Shown here: positions 1 through 11,215 of the stretch, piece by piece
Layout: every line of letters starts with the position of its first letter
How positions within the stretch are numbered: the first letter of the stretch is position 1
Origin: an uncultured Arcobacter sp.
Lineage (GTDB): Bacteria; Campylobacterota; Campylobacteria; Campylobacterales; Arcobacteraceae
Reading direction: 5' to 3'
Length of the DNA: 64,000 nt
NCBI GenBank assembly: GCA_965140705.1
Contig: OZ223300.1
Coordinates: forward strand, 1,376,001-1,440,000
The notes under the pieces: generated by a model
What the model was told of the DNA's origin: nothing
Seen by the model: only the letters and a program-made list of their open reading frames with translations
The model's database searches: none
Made by a program: the position numbers and the translations under genes

Positions 1-138
1 AAAATTTTGTGTTTTATAAAGAGTTGGTAGGAAGAGCGCAAGTGGACATAAGTATTATATATAAGTGAAGTAGTTCACTTTTTATTCACGCTTCTTGCCT
101 GTTGAAAATGTGGATAATAAACACAAAGGAAAGCAACT

Positions 139-252
139 ATGAAAGTTAGAGCTTCGGTAAAAAAAATGTGTGACAAATGTAAAGTTGTCAAAAGAAGAGG
201 GATCGTAAGAGTTATTTGCGAGAACAAAAAACACAAACAAAGACAAGGATAA
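139..252 (+). CDS. rpmJ: 50S ribosomal protein L36 (missed by ORF track)
   Basis: Hand translation [45 protein letters not shown]; directly before rpsM. Confidence 0.98.
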   Translation: MKVRASVKKMCDKCKVVKRRGIVRVICENKKHKQRQG

Positions 253-254
253 TC

Positions 255-617
255 ATGGCAAGAATTGCGGGTGTTGATTTACCAAACAAGAAAAGAATGG
301 AATACGCATTAACGTATATTTTTGGAATTGGGTTATATAACTCAAGATTAATCCTTGATGCTACTGGGATATCTTATGACAAAAGAGCTCATGAGTTAAC
401 AGAAGATGAAGCAGCAGCTATCAGACTAGAGATTCAAAAAAACTACCAAGTTGAAGGGGATCTTAGAAAAAAAGTAGCTATGGATATTAAATCACTTATG
501 GACTTAGGTTCTTATAGAGGATTAAGACATAGAAAAGGTTTACCGTGTAGAGGGCAAAAAACTAAAACTAATGCTCGAACTAGAAAAGGTAAAAAAAGAA
601 CTGTTGGTGCAGCGTAA
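255..617 (+). CDS. rpsM: 30S ribosomal protein S13
   Basis: [10 protein letters not shown] start at ATG 255; YRGLRH and [14 protein letters not shown] motifs. Confidence 0.98.
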   Translation: MARIAGVDLPNKKRMEYALTYIFGIGLYNSRLILDATGISYDKRAHELTEDEAAAIRLEIQKNYQVEGDLRKKVAMDIKSLMDLGSYRGLRHRKGLPCRGQKTKTNARTRKGKKRTVGAA

Positions 618-626
618 GGATAAACA

Positions 627-1019
627 ATGGCAAAAAGAAAAGTAACTAGAAAAAAAGTAGTAAAAAAGAATATTGCTGATGGTATCGTTCATATTGCGGC
701 ATCATTTAACAATACTATGGTAACAATAACTGATAGAGCTGGAAATGCAATCGCATGGAGTTCTGCTGGAAACTTAGGTTTCAAAGGTAGTAAAAAATCT
801 ACTCCTTTTGCTGCTCAAGCTGCAGTAGAAGATGCAATGGCAAAAGCAATTGAACACGGTATCAAAAATGTTGGTATCAAAATTCAAGGACCAGGTTCAG
901 GTAGAGATACAGCTGTTAAAGCTGTAGGAGCTATGGAAGGCATCAGAGTTTCATGGTTAAAGGACGTTACACCGTTACCACATAATGGTTGTAGAGCTCC
1001 TAAGAGAAGAAGAGTGTAA
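627..1019 (+). CDS. rpsK: 30S ribosomal protein S11
   Basis: [25 protein letters not shown] motifs; alpha operon order. Confidence 0.98.
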   Translation: MAKRKVTRKKVVKKNIADGIVHIAASFNNTMVTITDRAGNAIAWSSAGNLGFKGSKKSTPFAAQAAVEDAMAKAIEHGIKNVGIKIQGPGSGRDTAVKAVGAMEGIRVSWLKDVTPLPHNGCRAPKRRRV

Positions 1020-1029
1020 GGAGTAGTAC

Positions 1030-1656
1030 ATGGCAAGATATAGAGGACCAGTAGAAAAAATCGAGAGAAGACTTGATGCAGACCTTGGATTAAAAGGTGA
1101 AAGAAGACTTAACGGAAAATCTGCATTAGAAAAAAGACCATTCGCTCCAGGACAACACGGACAAAGAAGAACTAAACTTTCTGAGTACGGTTTACAACTA
1201 AGAGAGAAACAAAAAGCTAAGTTTATGTACGGTGTATCTGAAAAACAATTCAGAAAATATTTTAAAGAAGCAGCAAGAAGAGAAGGTAATACAGGATCTA
1301 ACTTAATTACTTTAATCGAACAAAGATTAGACAATGTTGTTTATAGAATGGGATTTGCTACAACTAGAGCAAATGCTAGACAATTTACAACTCACGGTCA
1401 TATCTTAGTTGATGGACAAAAAGTTGATATCCCTTCTTTCGTAGTAAAACCAGGGCAAAAAATTGAGATTAAAGAGAAATCTAAAACTAATCCTCAAATA
1501 GTAAGAGCTTTAGAATTAACTAATCAAACAGGAATGGTTGAATGGGTTGATGTTGATAAAGACAAAGCATTTGGTATTTTTACTAGAATTCCTACAAGAG
1601 AAGAAGTAGTTATTCCTGTTGAAGAAAGATTAATCGTAGAGTTATATTCTAAATAA
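1030..1656 (+). CDS. rpsD: 30S ribosomal protein S4
   Basis: [29 protein letters not shown]. Confidence 0.98.
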   Translation: MARYRGPVEKIERRLDADLGLKGERRLNGKSALEKRPFAPGQHGQRRTKLSEYGLQLREKQKAKFMYGVSEKQFRKYFKEAARREGNTGSNLITLIEQRLDNVVYRMGFATTRANARQFTTHGHILVDGQKVDIPSFVVKPGQKIEIKEKSKTNPQIVRALELTNQTGMVEWVDVDKDKAFGIFTRIPTREEVVIPVEERLIVELYSK

Positions 1657-1675
1657 TAAATAAAGGTAGCAGCGT

Positions 1676-2674
1676 ATGAAAAAATTTGCAGACACTCCAT
1701 TTTTACCAACAGAAGTTGAAATCGAAGCAATCAGTGAAACTGAGGCTAAGATTTCTGCATATCCATTTGAAAGTGGTTTTGCAATTACATTAGCGCACCC
1801 ATTAAGAAGACTTCTTCTATCAAGTTCAGTTGGATATTCTCCGATTGCGGTTAAAATAGAAGGAGCAAGCCACGAGTTTGATTCTTTAAGAGGTATGCTA
1901 GAAGATATTGCTATTTTTATTATCAATCTTAAAAATATTAAATTTAAAATTCTAAGTGATGAAAACCAAGTAGAAGTTGAATATTCTTTCAATGGACCTA
2001 AAGAAATTAAAGGTTCTGACTTAGTAAACTCTGATGTTGAAATTGTAAGTCCAGAAGCTCATTTAGCTACAATCAATGCTGATTGTAACTTGACTTTCTC
2101 TGTTATTATTCAAAAAGGTATTGGTTATATGCCTTCTGAAGATATTAGAGATATGGTTTCTAGTGATTATATTCCACTTGATGCTTTCTTCACTCCAGTA
2201 AAAAAAGTTGTTTATGATATTGAAAAAATGCTAGTAGAAGACAACCCTAACTTTGAAAAAGCTGTATTTACAGTTCAAACAAATGGGCAAATTACACCAA
2301 TCAATGCTTTCAAAGAAGCAGTTTCTGTAATGTATTCTCAAATGTCAGTATTCAATAAAGTTTTCGATTTATCTGAAGTTACAGTTAGTGATTCAACTGA
2401 AGAACCTGTAGAATTAAAAGATTTAATTGTTAAAATTGACGATTTAAATTTAAGTGCTAGAAGTTTTAACTCTCTTGATAGAGCAGGGTTAAAATACTTA
2501 GGTGAATTAGTACTTATGAGTGAAGTAGAAGTTAAAAATATCAAAAACTTAGGAAAAAAATCTTATGACGAGATTGCTGAAAAACTAGCATCTTTAGGAT
2601 TCCCAGTTGAAAATACACTTCCAGAAAATATTGCATCAGCTTTAAGAAGAAAGCTAGAGCAGTTTAAAGCATAA
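1676..2674 (+). CDS. rpoA: RNA polymerase alpha subunit
   Basis: PFESGFAITLAHPLRRLLLSS, DAFFTPV, alphaCTD LSARSFNSL..NLGKKS. Confidence 0.98.
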   Translation: MKKFADTPFLPTEVEIEAISETEAKISAYPFESGFAITLAHPLRRLLLSSSVGYSPIAVKIEGASHEFDSLRGMLEDIAIFIINLKNIKFKILSDENQVEVEYSFNGPKEIKGSDLVNSDVEIVSPEAHLATINADCNLTFSVIIQKGIGYMPSEDIRDMVSSDYIPLDAFFTPVKKVVYDIEKMLVEDNPNFEKAVFTVQTNGQITPINAFKEAVSVMYSQMSVFNKVFDLSEVTVSDSTEEPVELKDLIVKIDDLNLSARSFNSLDRAGLKYLGELVLMSEVEVKNIKNLGKKSYDEIAEKLASLGFPVENTLPENIASALRRKLEQFKA

Positions 2675-2686
2675 TAAAGGTTAAAT

Positions 2687-3037
2687 ATGAGACATAAGCA
2701 CGGATATAGAAAGTTAAGTAGAACTTCTTCTCATAGAAAAGCATTGTTAAAAAACATGGCAATAGCTTTAATAGAGAGAGAAAAAATCGAAACTACAGTT
2801 CCTAAAGCAAAAGAACTTAGTAGATATATTGAGAAATTAATTACAGTTTCAAGAGAAGCTGATTTAAATACTCATAGATTTGTATTTGCTTCATTACAAG
2901 ATAAAGAAGCTACAAAAAAATTAATTAATGAAATTGCACCAAAATACGTAGGTAGAAATGGTGGATATACTTCAATAATTAAAACAAGAATTAGAAGAGG
3001 TGATGCTACACCTATGGCATTCATTTCATTAGTATAA
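2687..3037 (+). CDS. rplQ: 50S ribosomal protein L17
   Basis: [29 protein letters not shown]. Confidence 0.98.
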   Translation: MRHKHGYRKLSRTSSHRKALLKNMAIALIEREKIETTVPKAKELSRYIEKLITVSREADLNTHRFVFASLQDKEATKKLINEIAPKYVGRNGGYTSIIKTRIRRGDATPMAFISLV

Positions 3038-3060
3038 TTGCTAATTAAACTTGTTTGTCA

Positions 3061-3098
3061 AAAAGGGAAGGAGAGCATTGCTCTTCTTCCCTTTTTTT
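3061..3098 (+). terminator. Rho-independent terminator of the alpha operon
   Basis: AAAAGGGAAGGAGAGC-ATT-GCTCTTCTTCCCTTTTTTT hairpin plus U tract. Confidence 0.9.
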
Positions 3099-3184
3099 AT
3101 ATAATACAATTAAAAATTATTTTTAGAATTTAATCAATTTTTTTGTATAATCACGATATTTTTACAATTGATTAGGAGTAATAG

Positions 3185-4546
3185 TTGATAACATTAAAAG
3201 AAGCACTTTTATTAACAAATGACGAGATAACTAAATTAAGAAACGAACTAACTGATAAAATAAGAAATAATAGCATTGGTGCCTATGTAGAACAATTAAC
3301 TAATACAGATATAAATATTTCAGGTTCTGGAATACCAATAGCAATAAAAGATATTATAAATGTAAAAGATTGGAATATAACTTGTTGTAGTAATATTTTA
3401 AAAGGGTATGTATCTCCTTATGATGCAACTGTAATTAAAAACTTAAAAGAAGCAGGATTAAGTCCATTTGGAAGAGCAAATATGGATGAGTTTGCAATGG
3501 GAAGTTCAACTGATACCTCTTGTTATGGTAAGACTTTAAATCCTCATAATCCAAATAAAACAGCTGGTGGAAGTTCAGGTGGTAGTGCTGCTGCTGTTGC
3601 TGCAGGTATTGCAATAGCTGCACTTGGGACTGATACTGGTGGGTCAGTAAGACAACCAGCAGCATATTGTGGTGTTGTAGGTATGAAACCAACTTATGGA
3701 AGAGTTTCAAGATATGGTATTACAGCATACTCATCTTCACTTGACCAATGTGGACCTATTACTCAAAATGTAGAAGATGCAGCAATTTTATATGACATTA
3801 TTTCAGGATATGATCCAATGGATTCTACATCTGCAAATGTAGAATATGATGCAGTAGCTCCAAAACTTAACAGTGAAAGAAAACTTACAATTGCAGTAAT
3901 TGATAACTTTGTATCACAAGCAAGTCCTGCAATACAAGAAGCTTTTGATAAAGCTGTAAAAGTTTTAGAAGAAGCTGGTCATAAAATTGTTCATAAAAAT
4001 ATGTTAGATACAGATAAAATTCTATCATCTTACTATATTGTTGCAACAGCAGAAGCTAGTGCAAACTTAGCTAGATTTGATGGAGTTAGATTTGGAAATA
4101 GACAAGGTGATGCTGGCTTAAAAGATATGTATGTTCAAACAAAATCAAAAGGTTTTGGTGAAGAAGTACAAAAAAGAATTATGTTAGGTTCTTTTGTTTT
4201 AAGTTCAGGGTATTATGATGCTTATTATATAAAAGCACAAAAAGTTAGACATTTGATAAAAGATGAATATGAAGAGATTTTTAATGAGGCTGATTTAATT
4301 TTATCTCCAGTTGCTCCAACAACTGCACCAGAGTTTGGAAGCTTTAAATCATCTTTAGAGATGTATTTAAGTGATATTTACACAATATCAATAAACTTAG
4401 CAGGATTACCAGCTATATCTTTGCCTGTTGATAAAGATGAAGATGGTATGCCAGTTGGATTACAGTTGATTGGAAAAGCATATGATGAGCAAACAGTCTT
4501 TGATGGCGCTTTATCACTAGAAAAAGCAGTAAATTATAAAAAGTAA
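3185..4546 (+). CDS. gatA: Asp/Glu-tRNA amidotransferase subunit A
   Basis: Amidase signature GGSSGGSAAAVA, GTDTGGSVRQPA, YYDAYY; TTG start after AGGAG. Confidence 0.96.
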   Translation: MITLKEALLLTNDEITKLRNELTDKIRNNSIGAYVEQLTNTDINISGSGIPIAIKDIINVKDWNITCCSNILKGYVSPYDATVIKNLKEAGLSPFGRANMDEFAMGSSTDTSCYGKTLNPHNPNKTAGGSSGGSAAAVAAGIAIAALGTDTGGSVRQPAAYCGVVGMKPTYGRVSRYGITAYSSSLDQCGPITQNVEDAAILYDIISGYDPMDSTSANVEYDAVAPKLNSERKLTIAVIDNFVSQASPAIQEAFDKAVKVLEEAGHKIVHKNMLDTDKILSSYYIVATAEASANLARFDGVRFGNRQGDAGLKDMYVQTKSKGFGEEVQKRIMLGSFVLSSGYYDAYYIKAQKVRHLIKDEYEEIFNEADLILSPVAPTTAPEFGSFKSSLEMYLSDIYTISINLAGLPAISLPVDKDEDGMPVGLQLIGKAYDEQTVFDGALSLEKAVNYKK

Positions 4547-4558
4547 AGAATAGGATAA

Positions 4559-6007
<1,449 letters not shown>

Positions 6008-6017
6008 AAAAGAGGTT

Positions 6018-6139
6018 TATAACAGCCTCTTTTTCTAAATTTCTGCGTTATCGCAGAAATTTTTTTACTCACTTACTTCAGTAAGCTCCCACAAAAAATT
6101 TTGCTCTTGCCTTGAACTTTAAAAAAATAGTCAATTATA
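6018..6139. repeat. ERIC/IRU-like palindromic miniature element (122 bp) inside the guaB terminator
   Basis: TATA ends; core CTCACTTACT-TCA-GTAAGCTCC resembles the ERIC core; GCGTT and GCCTTGA flanking motifs; flanks AAAAAGAGGTT / AACCTCTTTTT. Confidence 0.7.
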
Positions 6140-6182
6140 AACCTCTTTTTGGTAATATTTATATTATTTTATAAGGCTAATA

Positions 6183-6860
6183 ATGGATGGATATATTTAT
6201 GTATTAAGTAATAAAGCTCTTAATAAGAATATTTATAAAATAGGTTTGACGAAAAAGAATCTTAATCAAAGAGTTAACGAGTTAAGTAAATCAACTAGTA
6301 TTCCAGTGAATTTTGTATTGGAATATTCTAGAAAAACAAATAATGTAAATTTATCTGAGAGAAGGATTCATCTTGTATTAGATAATTATCGATATTCAAA
6401 GAATAAAGAATTTTTTAAATTAAAATTAGAGAGTATTAAATTAGTAGTTGATAAGATTCTTGAAGATTTTTCAAATAATGATGATATTTCAAATATCTTT
6501 TATCTTCATAATGACTTACTTAAAACTAATTATAAACCCAATTTAACTGCTAATGGATATAAAATTTTAGATTTAATGATGTGTTCTACTAAAAATAATA
6601 GTTTACTTTATCAGTTTATAGATATGCGAAATAGTATAACTGATGGATTTATAAGTGCTGATTATTTATCTAACAACTTAAATATTAGTCGAAGAAGTGC
6701 ACAATATCATTTAAGAAAATTTTGTGAGAAATTTCATAAGTTAGAGTTATATTTTTATGATGAAGATATAAGTTTAAGAATATTTGAAGATTTGAGATAT
6801 GATAAAGGTGAGTTAACTTGGCTTTTTGATATAAGGTTTAAGAAATATTTTTTTAGATGA
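6183..6860 (+). CDS. GIY-YIG (T5orf172-type) nuclease domain protein with winged-helix-like C-terminus
   Basis: GYIYVL..YKIGLT..RVNELS..T.IP..F..E..IH..L..YR...KEFF signature. Confidence 0.8.
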   Translation: MDGYIYVLSNKALNKNIYKIGLTKKNLNQRVNELSKSTSIPVNFVLEYSRKTNNVNLSERRIHLVLDNYRYSKNKEFFKLKLESIKLVVDKILEDFSNNDDISNIFYLHNDLLKTNYKPNLTANGYKILDLMMCSTKNNSLLYQFIDMRNSITDGFISADYLSNNLNISRRSAQYHLRKFCEKFHKLELYFYDEDISLRIFEDLRYDKGELTWLFDIRFKKYFFR

Positions 6861-7061
6861 AAATAATGTTAATTTTCTATTTGTATATTAAGAAACTTAA
6901 AATTCTAAGGACAGAATATTTAGTTAAATAAGTATCCTAAATTCTAAATTCCATAGACAGGATACTTAATTACAAAGGCTACATAGAAAAGTTCACCTAA
7001 TCTTATAGTAAAATAACAATATAAATAAAAGCTAACTTTAGCGATAGCAATTAAAAACAGA

Positions 7062-7155
7062 TTTTTTAGTTACTTATTTTATCGTTGATGCCGGAGTGTA
7101 ACGACTAAATCCTGAAAGGTAAAAAAGTAACAAAGTGTGACCCTGAAAGGGCACA
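7062..7155. repeat. GC-richer multi-hairpin intergenic element downstream of mazF
   Basis: GTTACTT/AAGTAAC stem enclosing TCGTT..AACGA and CCTGAAAGG hairpins, then TGTGACCCTGAAAGGGCACA. Confidence 0.5.
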
Positions 7156-7219
7156 AGAAAGATTATTTATAAGTAGTTTTTTGAGTATTATGAGATAAGT
7201 TATAAATTTCACTATTTAT

Positions 7220-7555
7220 TTAAAATATAATACTCTCAGTTATTCCCAACACTTTATTTAAACTCTCTTCATCTAGTTTTTCTACGAATTTTACTTTTCT
7301 TGTATTGTAATCTATTGATTTGATTTGCTCACACATTATGAAGCCTGTTAGGTTTTTACTTTTTACTTCTATGTGAAAGGGGAAGTTTCTGTCTGTGTTT
7401 GTTATAGGGCAGGCTATTGCTAGACCTAGAGCTTTATTGAAAGCTTCGTTGCTTATTATTAGGGCTGGTCGTCTACCTTTTTGTTCGTGTCCTGCTGATG
7501 GGTCGAAGGTTAGGATTACTAGGTCACCTTTTTTTGGGATGTAGTTTTTTACCAT
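7220..7555 (-). CDS. mazF: MazF/PemK endoribonuclease toxin
   Basis: FDPSAGHEQKGRRPALIIS, ACPIT, CEQIKSID. Confidence 0.93.
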   Translation of the reverse strand: MVKNYIPKKGDLVILTFDPSAGHEQKGRRPALIISNEAFNKALGLAIACPITNTDRNFPFHIEVKSKNLTGFIMCEQIKSIDYNTRKVKFVEKLDEESLNKVLGITESIIF

Positions 7556-7794
7556 TCTTCTTTGCCTATTTTTTCTGTAAATTCTTCATTTGCTTTGTAG
7601 TTGTTTGGAACTTGTGATATCAATTCGTTTAGGTCATATTTGGGTCGGTCTTTTTTAATTGCTTCAATGATTACTTTACCATTTTCTATTTTTATATCTA
7701 CATTATCCCCAATATTTAGATTTAATGTATCCATAATATCTTTTGGTACTCTAAGACCTTGTGAGTTTCCCCATTTTGATATTTTAGCAGTCAT
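7549..7794 (-). CDS. mazE: MazE/AbrB antitoxin
   Basis: KWGNSQGLRVPK, C-terminal GKEEW; overlaps mazF. Confidence 0.93.
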   Translation of the reverse strand: MTAKISKWGNSQGLRVPKDIMDTLNLNIGDNVDIKIENGKVIIEAIKKDRPKYDLNELISQVPNNYKANEEFTEKIGKEEW

Positions 7795-7808
7795 ATTAAC
7801 TCCTTTTA

Positions 7809-7848
7809 TGTATATACAAAGTATATCATTTTATATATTTCTTGTCAA
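7809..7848 (-). promoter_or_regulatory. mazEF sigma70 promoter with palindromic operator
   Basis: Minus strand TTGACA (7848-7843), 17 nt, TATACT (7825-7820); palindrome TGTATATACA at 7809-7818. Confidence 0.8.
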
Positions 7849-7941
7849 TACATTATATTATTCATCTTATATTCATATTCACTTCATGTTGAATTCATAA
7901 TAATAGTTTAAAATCGGTCTAAATTATTATTTTAGGAGACG

Positions 7942-8391
7942 ATGATGAGTAAAGGTAAGGTTATTTTAGGGATAGCTGTTGTAGCTGTTTTAATTCAATT
8001 TATTCCTTATGGTAAGGATTATACCAATCCACCAGTTGTAAAAGAGCCTCAATGGGATTCAATGCAGACAAAAGTATTATTTGATAGAGCTTGTGCTAAT
8101 TGCCACTCAAATAAGACAACTTATCCATGGTATAGCAAAGTTGCACCTATTTCTTGGTTAGTTGCAGCTGATGTTGAAGAGGGTAGAGACCATTTAAATG
8201 TTTCTATGTGGGGTCTGCAAAAAAGAAATAAAGGCGATGAGGCTGCAAAAGAGCTAAAAGGAGGAGATATGCCACCTTTTTATTATCTTCCAACACATCC
8301 TGAAGCTAAACTTACTCAAGCTGAAACTCAACAACTTATTTTGGGCTTAGAAAAAACATTTGGTAGTGAAAAAGAACATGATAATGATTGA
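7942..8391 (+). CDS. Haem-binding domain c-type cytochrome
   Basis: CANCHS motif, YPWYS..AP.SWL, MPP..Y...HPEAKL. Confidence 0.88.
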   Translation: MMSKGKVILGIAVVAVLIQFIPYGKDYTNPPVVKEPQWDSMQTKVLFDRACANCHSNKTTYPWYSKVAPISWLVAADVEEGRDHLNVSMWGLQKRNKGDEAAKELKGGDMPPFYYLPTHPEAKLTQAETQQLILGLEKTFGSEKEHDND

Positions 8392-8566
8392 TAAGTTTTC
8401 TAAACAGTTTATTTAATTATTATAGAAAGGAGAAAGAGAAGTTATTTTCTCTTTTTCTTTTCATTAACTAAATTTTTTCTCTCTATAACATTTCTTCTTT
8501 ATTTTTTATCAATTAGTTACTTTAAATTATTAATCTACACTTTAGAATATCTATATTAAACTTTTA

Positions 8567-8582
8567 TTGACTAAATAGTCAA
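8567..8582. promoter_or_regulatory. Palindromic operator-like site upstream of cupin gene
   Basis: TTGACTA-AA-TAGTCAA perfect inverted repeat 21 nt before the ATG. Confidence 0.55.
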
Positions 8583-8603
8583 GAAATTACAAAAGGACTA
8601 GAT

Positions 8604-9056
8604 ATGAAAACTATAAAGAAAATAAAAGAAGATAAAAACTACACGGCAGTTGAGTTAGGAAATTTAGATGAGTTGATGGAATATTCACTTATTCATAAAG
8701 TTAATAAAAACAAAATAGAGGGTAAAGTATTTTTAAAAGAAGCTACAAAGTCAACTAGTACTGAGATATCTTTTAACTCTTTAGCCCCGAAAACAGAACA
8801 ACCTTATTTTCACATTCATTATAAAAATGAAGAATCATATATTATATTAAAAGGTTACGGCTTTTTTCAAGTTGATGGGGAATGTTTTGAGATAAAAGAG
8901 GGTTCTGTAGTTCGTGTAGCTCCTAGTGGTATAAGAGGTATTAGAAATGATTCTGATGAGACTATGATTTATATGGTAGTTCAATCAAAAGAAAACTCAT
9001 TGGAAGAGTATACAACAGATGATGGGAAAAGGGTAACTTTTGACCCAAAATGGTAA
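8604..9056 (+). CDS. Cupin domain protein
   Basis: PYFHIHYKNEE.Y..LKG.G.FQVDG..F...EGS.VRVAP. Confidence 0.85.
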   Translation: MKTIKKIKEDKNYTAVELGNLDELMEYSLIHKVNKNKIEGKVFLKEATKSTSTEISFNSLAPKTEQPYFHIHYKNEESYIILKGYGFFQVDGECFEIKEGSVVRVAPSGIRGIRNDSDETMIYMVVQSKENSLEEYTTDDGKRVTFDPKW

Positions 9057-9102
9057 AATAAGAGTATTATAAAATATTATTATAAAAAATGAAATAATTA
9101 AT

Positions 9103-9140
9103 TTGATAGTATATAATATTGATAGTATATAATATTGATA
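9103..9140 (+). repeat. 16-bp tandem duplication
   Basis: TTGATAGTATATAATA x2 plus partial TTGATA. Confidence 0.8.
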
Positions 9141-9160
9141 TTGTATAAGAGGTAAATAAT

Positions 9161-9424
9161 ATGTATAAAGAGAAAATAATAGAATATTATAAATTATTAA
9201 AATTAAAAAAAGTAGATAAGTACTTAATCATCATAGGTATTATTGGTGTTATTATTGGCTTGTTTTTTAAAATACCAATTATAAATCAAATATTTGTATG
9301 GCCAGTTTTATTGGGTGTTTGTATAAGATTGTATGATTTTACTGAAAAAATAGAGAGAGAAATAGTTCCTTATGATTTCAATAAGTTATTGCCACCACCT
9401 CAAAAAAAGAGCACTAAAGAGTAA
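9161..9424 (+). CDS. Small membrane protein, unknown function
   Basis: GAGG RBS; two hydrophobic segments. Confidence 0.65.
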   Translation: MYKEKIIEYYKLLKLKKVDKYLIIIGIIGVIIGLFFKIPIINQIFVWPVLLGVCIRLYDFTEKIEREIVPYDFNKLLPPPQKKSTKE

Positions 9425-9527
9425 GAATTTCAATTTAAAATAGTTAAAATGATATAATTGCATGAAATTAATAATTTTGTTAAATAAAAAGGAATAAAAG
9501 TAAAATGATAGTTGCGAGAAAATTGAG

Positions 9528-10136
9528 TTGATAAGTATTCTTTTATTAGAAGGTTTATCTGGTGCAATGGTAGGTATAACTATTATTTATATATTGGCTT
9601 CACTGATATTATTAAGATGGGTACGGATTGATGCTTATCAGCTTATTTTGTATATGACAGTTACTTTTTTTATCGCTATCGTTTGTGAAGTTGGTCTTGG
9701 TAAAGTGTATTTTTTGATAATGGGTAAACCTCTTTGGCAATATCATGTTTTACCTATACATGGTGCCTTTACTTCTCAATTAAATTTTATTATCTGGCCA
9801 GTATATGGTTTTTACTTGTATCTTCTTCATTATGTACTACTCTCAAAAGGCATTATTTCTCGTCCAAAATGGATACACGGAATAAGTTCTGGATTAGATG
9901 GTCCTTTATTAGAAATTTTAGCAAATGGTTTTTTTCTATTGTTTTATAGGACTTTTTATTTTTATTACTTGCCTGATGATATAAGGCATTATACATCTTT
10001 TCAAGTGATTCCTTTATATATGGTTATGGGAATTATTCTATCAGTAGTGGTGGAAAATATGTGTAATCGTCCACGTAAATGGCAGTATCCTATTATTTTT
10101 TATTTACTTGGTTTAGGTTTTATTTTCTTAGGTTAA
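9528..10136 (+). CDS. Multi-pass membrane protein, unknown function
   Basis: About six hydrophobic helices; start codon uncertain. Confidence 0.65.
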   Translation: MISILLLEGLSGAMVGITIIYILASLILLRWVRIDAYQLILYMTVTFFIAIVCEVGLGKVYFLIMGKPLWQYHVLPIHGAFTSQLNFIIWPVYGFYLYLLHYVLLSKGIISRPKWIHGISSGLDGPLLEILANGFFLLFYRTFYFYYLPDDIRHYTSFQVIPLYMVMGIILSVVVENMCNRPRKWQYPIIFYLLGLGFIFLG

Positions 10137-10214
10137 AAAACTTTTAATGGTATGGTGTGTTTGGGTAAATTTTATATCTTGTGTGTGATATAAAAGAAGA
10201 CTCAAAAGTCTTCT

Positions 10215-10709
10215 TTAAAAGTGTTCTTCGATATCTTTAACCCAAGCTTCTATTCTATCTTTTGTTAGTTCACTTTGGTTATCTTCATCTAGTACTAAAC
10301 CAACAAATTGACCATCAACTACTGCTGTTGATTCTTCAAATTCATAACCATCTGTAGATGTAAATCCTACAACATTACCTGCTTTAACATATCCATATAA
10401 GTGACCTAAAGCATTACAAAAAGTATCTTCATATCCTTCTTGATCTCCAACTCCTATTAGTGCTATTGTTTTATTACTAAAGTCTATTTCTTCTAAATTA
10501 CTTTCAAAATCTTCCCAATCACCTTGTAAGTCTCCATCACCCCAAGTAGATGATGCTAAAATTAACTTATCGTATTGTTCAATATCTTCTTTTGATGTTT
10601 TTGAAATATCATGTAGTGTAATTTCTTTTGAAAATATATTTTTTACTTCATTTACAATCTCTTCAGTAGCACCTGTGTCACTACCAAAAAATAATCCAAT
10701 ATTATTCAT
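10215..10709 (-). CDS. fldA: Long-chain flavodoxin
   Basis: IGLFFGSDTGAT, STWGDGDLQ.DW, GDQ.GY..TFC, FVGL.LDEDNQ; start at MNNIG after AAGGA. Confidence 0.95.
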   Translation of the reverse strand: MNNIGLFFGSDTGATEEIVNEVKNIFSKEITLHDISKTSKEDIEQYDKLILASSTWGDGDLQGDWEDFESNLEEIDFSNKTIALIGVGDQEGYEDTFCNALGHLYGYVKAGNVVGFTSTDGYEFEESTAVVDGQFVGLVLDEDNQSELTKDRIEAWVKDIEEHF

Positions 10710-10867
10710 ATTTATTCCTTTCAAATTTATAAAACGGAAATATAACATAGAAAAACTTAAATAGGATAAAAATAGTCCTAATTAAATTTAAAATTATTAT
10801 TGCTTTAAGTTTAAAGTGAAAATCAATTTAATAAAGATAAAATTTATAATAAAAATCAAGGCGAAAT

Positions 10868-11215
10868 ATGAAAACATTTAATAAAGATGAAATAACTCAA
10901 AAAGTAATTGATAAACTAAAAACAATACAAGACCTTGAATTGCCTATTAATATTTTTGATTTAGGATTGATTTATAAAACTGATGTAGAAAATAGTGATA
11001 ATAAAGTTCAAGTAAATATAGAGATGACTTTGATAGATTCACGATGTAATAGTACTAAATCTTTTACTGATGAAGTTATAAGTACTGTGCAAAGTATCGA
11101 TGAAGTAGATATTTGTAATGTAAAGTTTGTCTTTACTCCTAAATGGGAAATCACTATGATAACTCCTAAAGGCTTAGAACAGTTAAGAAATGCTAATCCA
11201 AATAAAAAAGACTAA
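10868..11215 (+). CDS. DUF59/SufT-like Fe-S cluster assembly protein
   Basis: D.ELPINIFDLGLIY..MTL...C..VF.P.W. Confidence 0.85.
   Translation: MKTFNKDEITQKVIDKLKTIQDLELPINIFDLGLIYKTDVENSDNKVQVNIEMTLIDSRCNSTKSFTDEVISTVQSIDEVDICNVKFVFTPKWEITMITPKGLEQLRNANPNKKD

Noticed and set aside
216..254. N-terminal extension of rpsM in the ORF track
   Set aside because: It overlaps rpmJ; the S13 sequence starts at ATG 255.
10761..10783. Possible Fur box between fldA and the DUF59 gene
   Set aside because: Only a weak inverted repeat (TAGGAT..GTCCTA) in very AT-rich DNA; cannot be supported.
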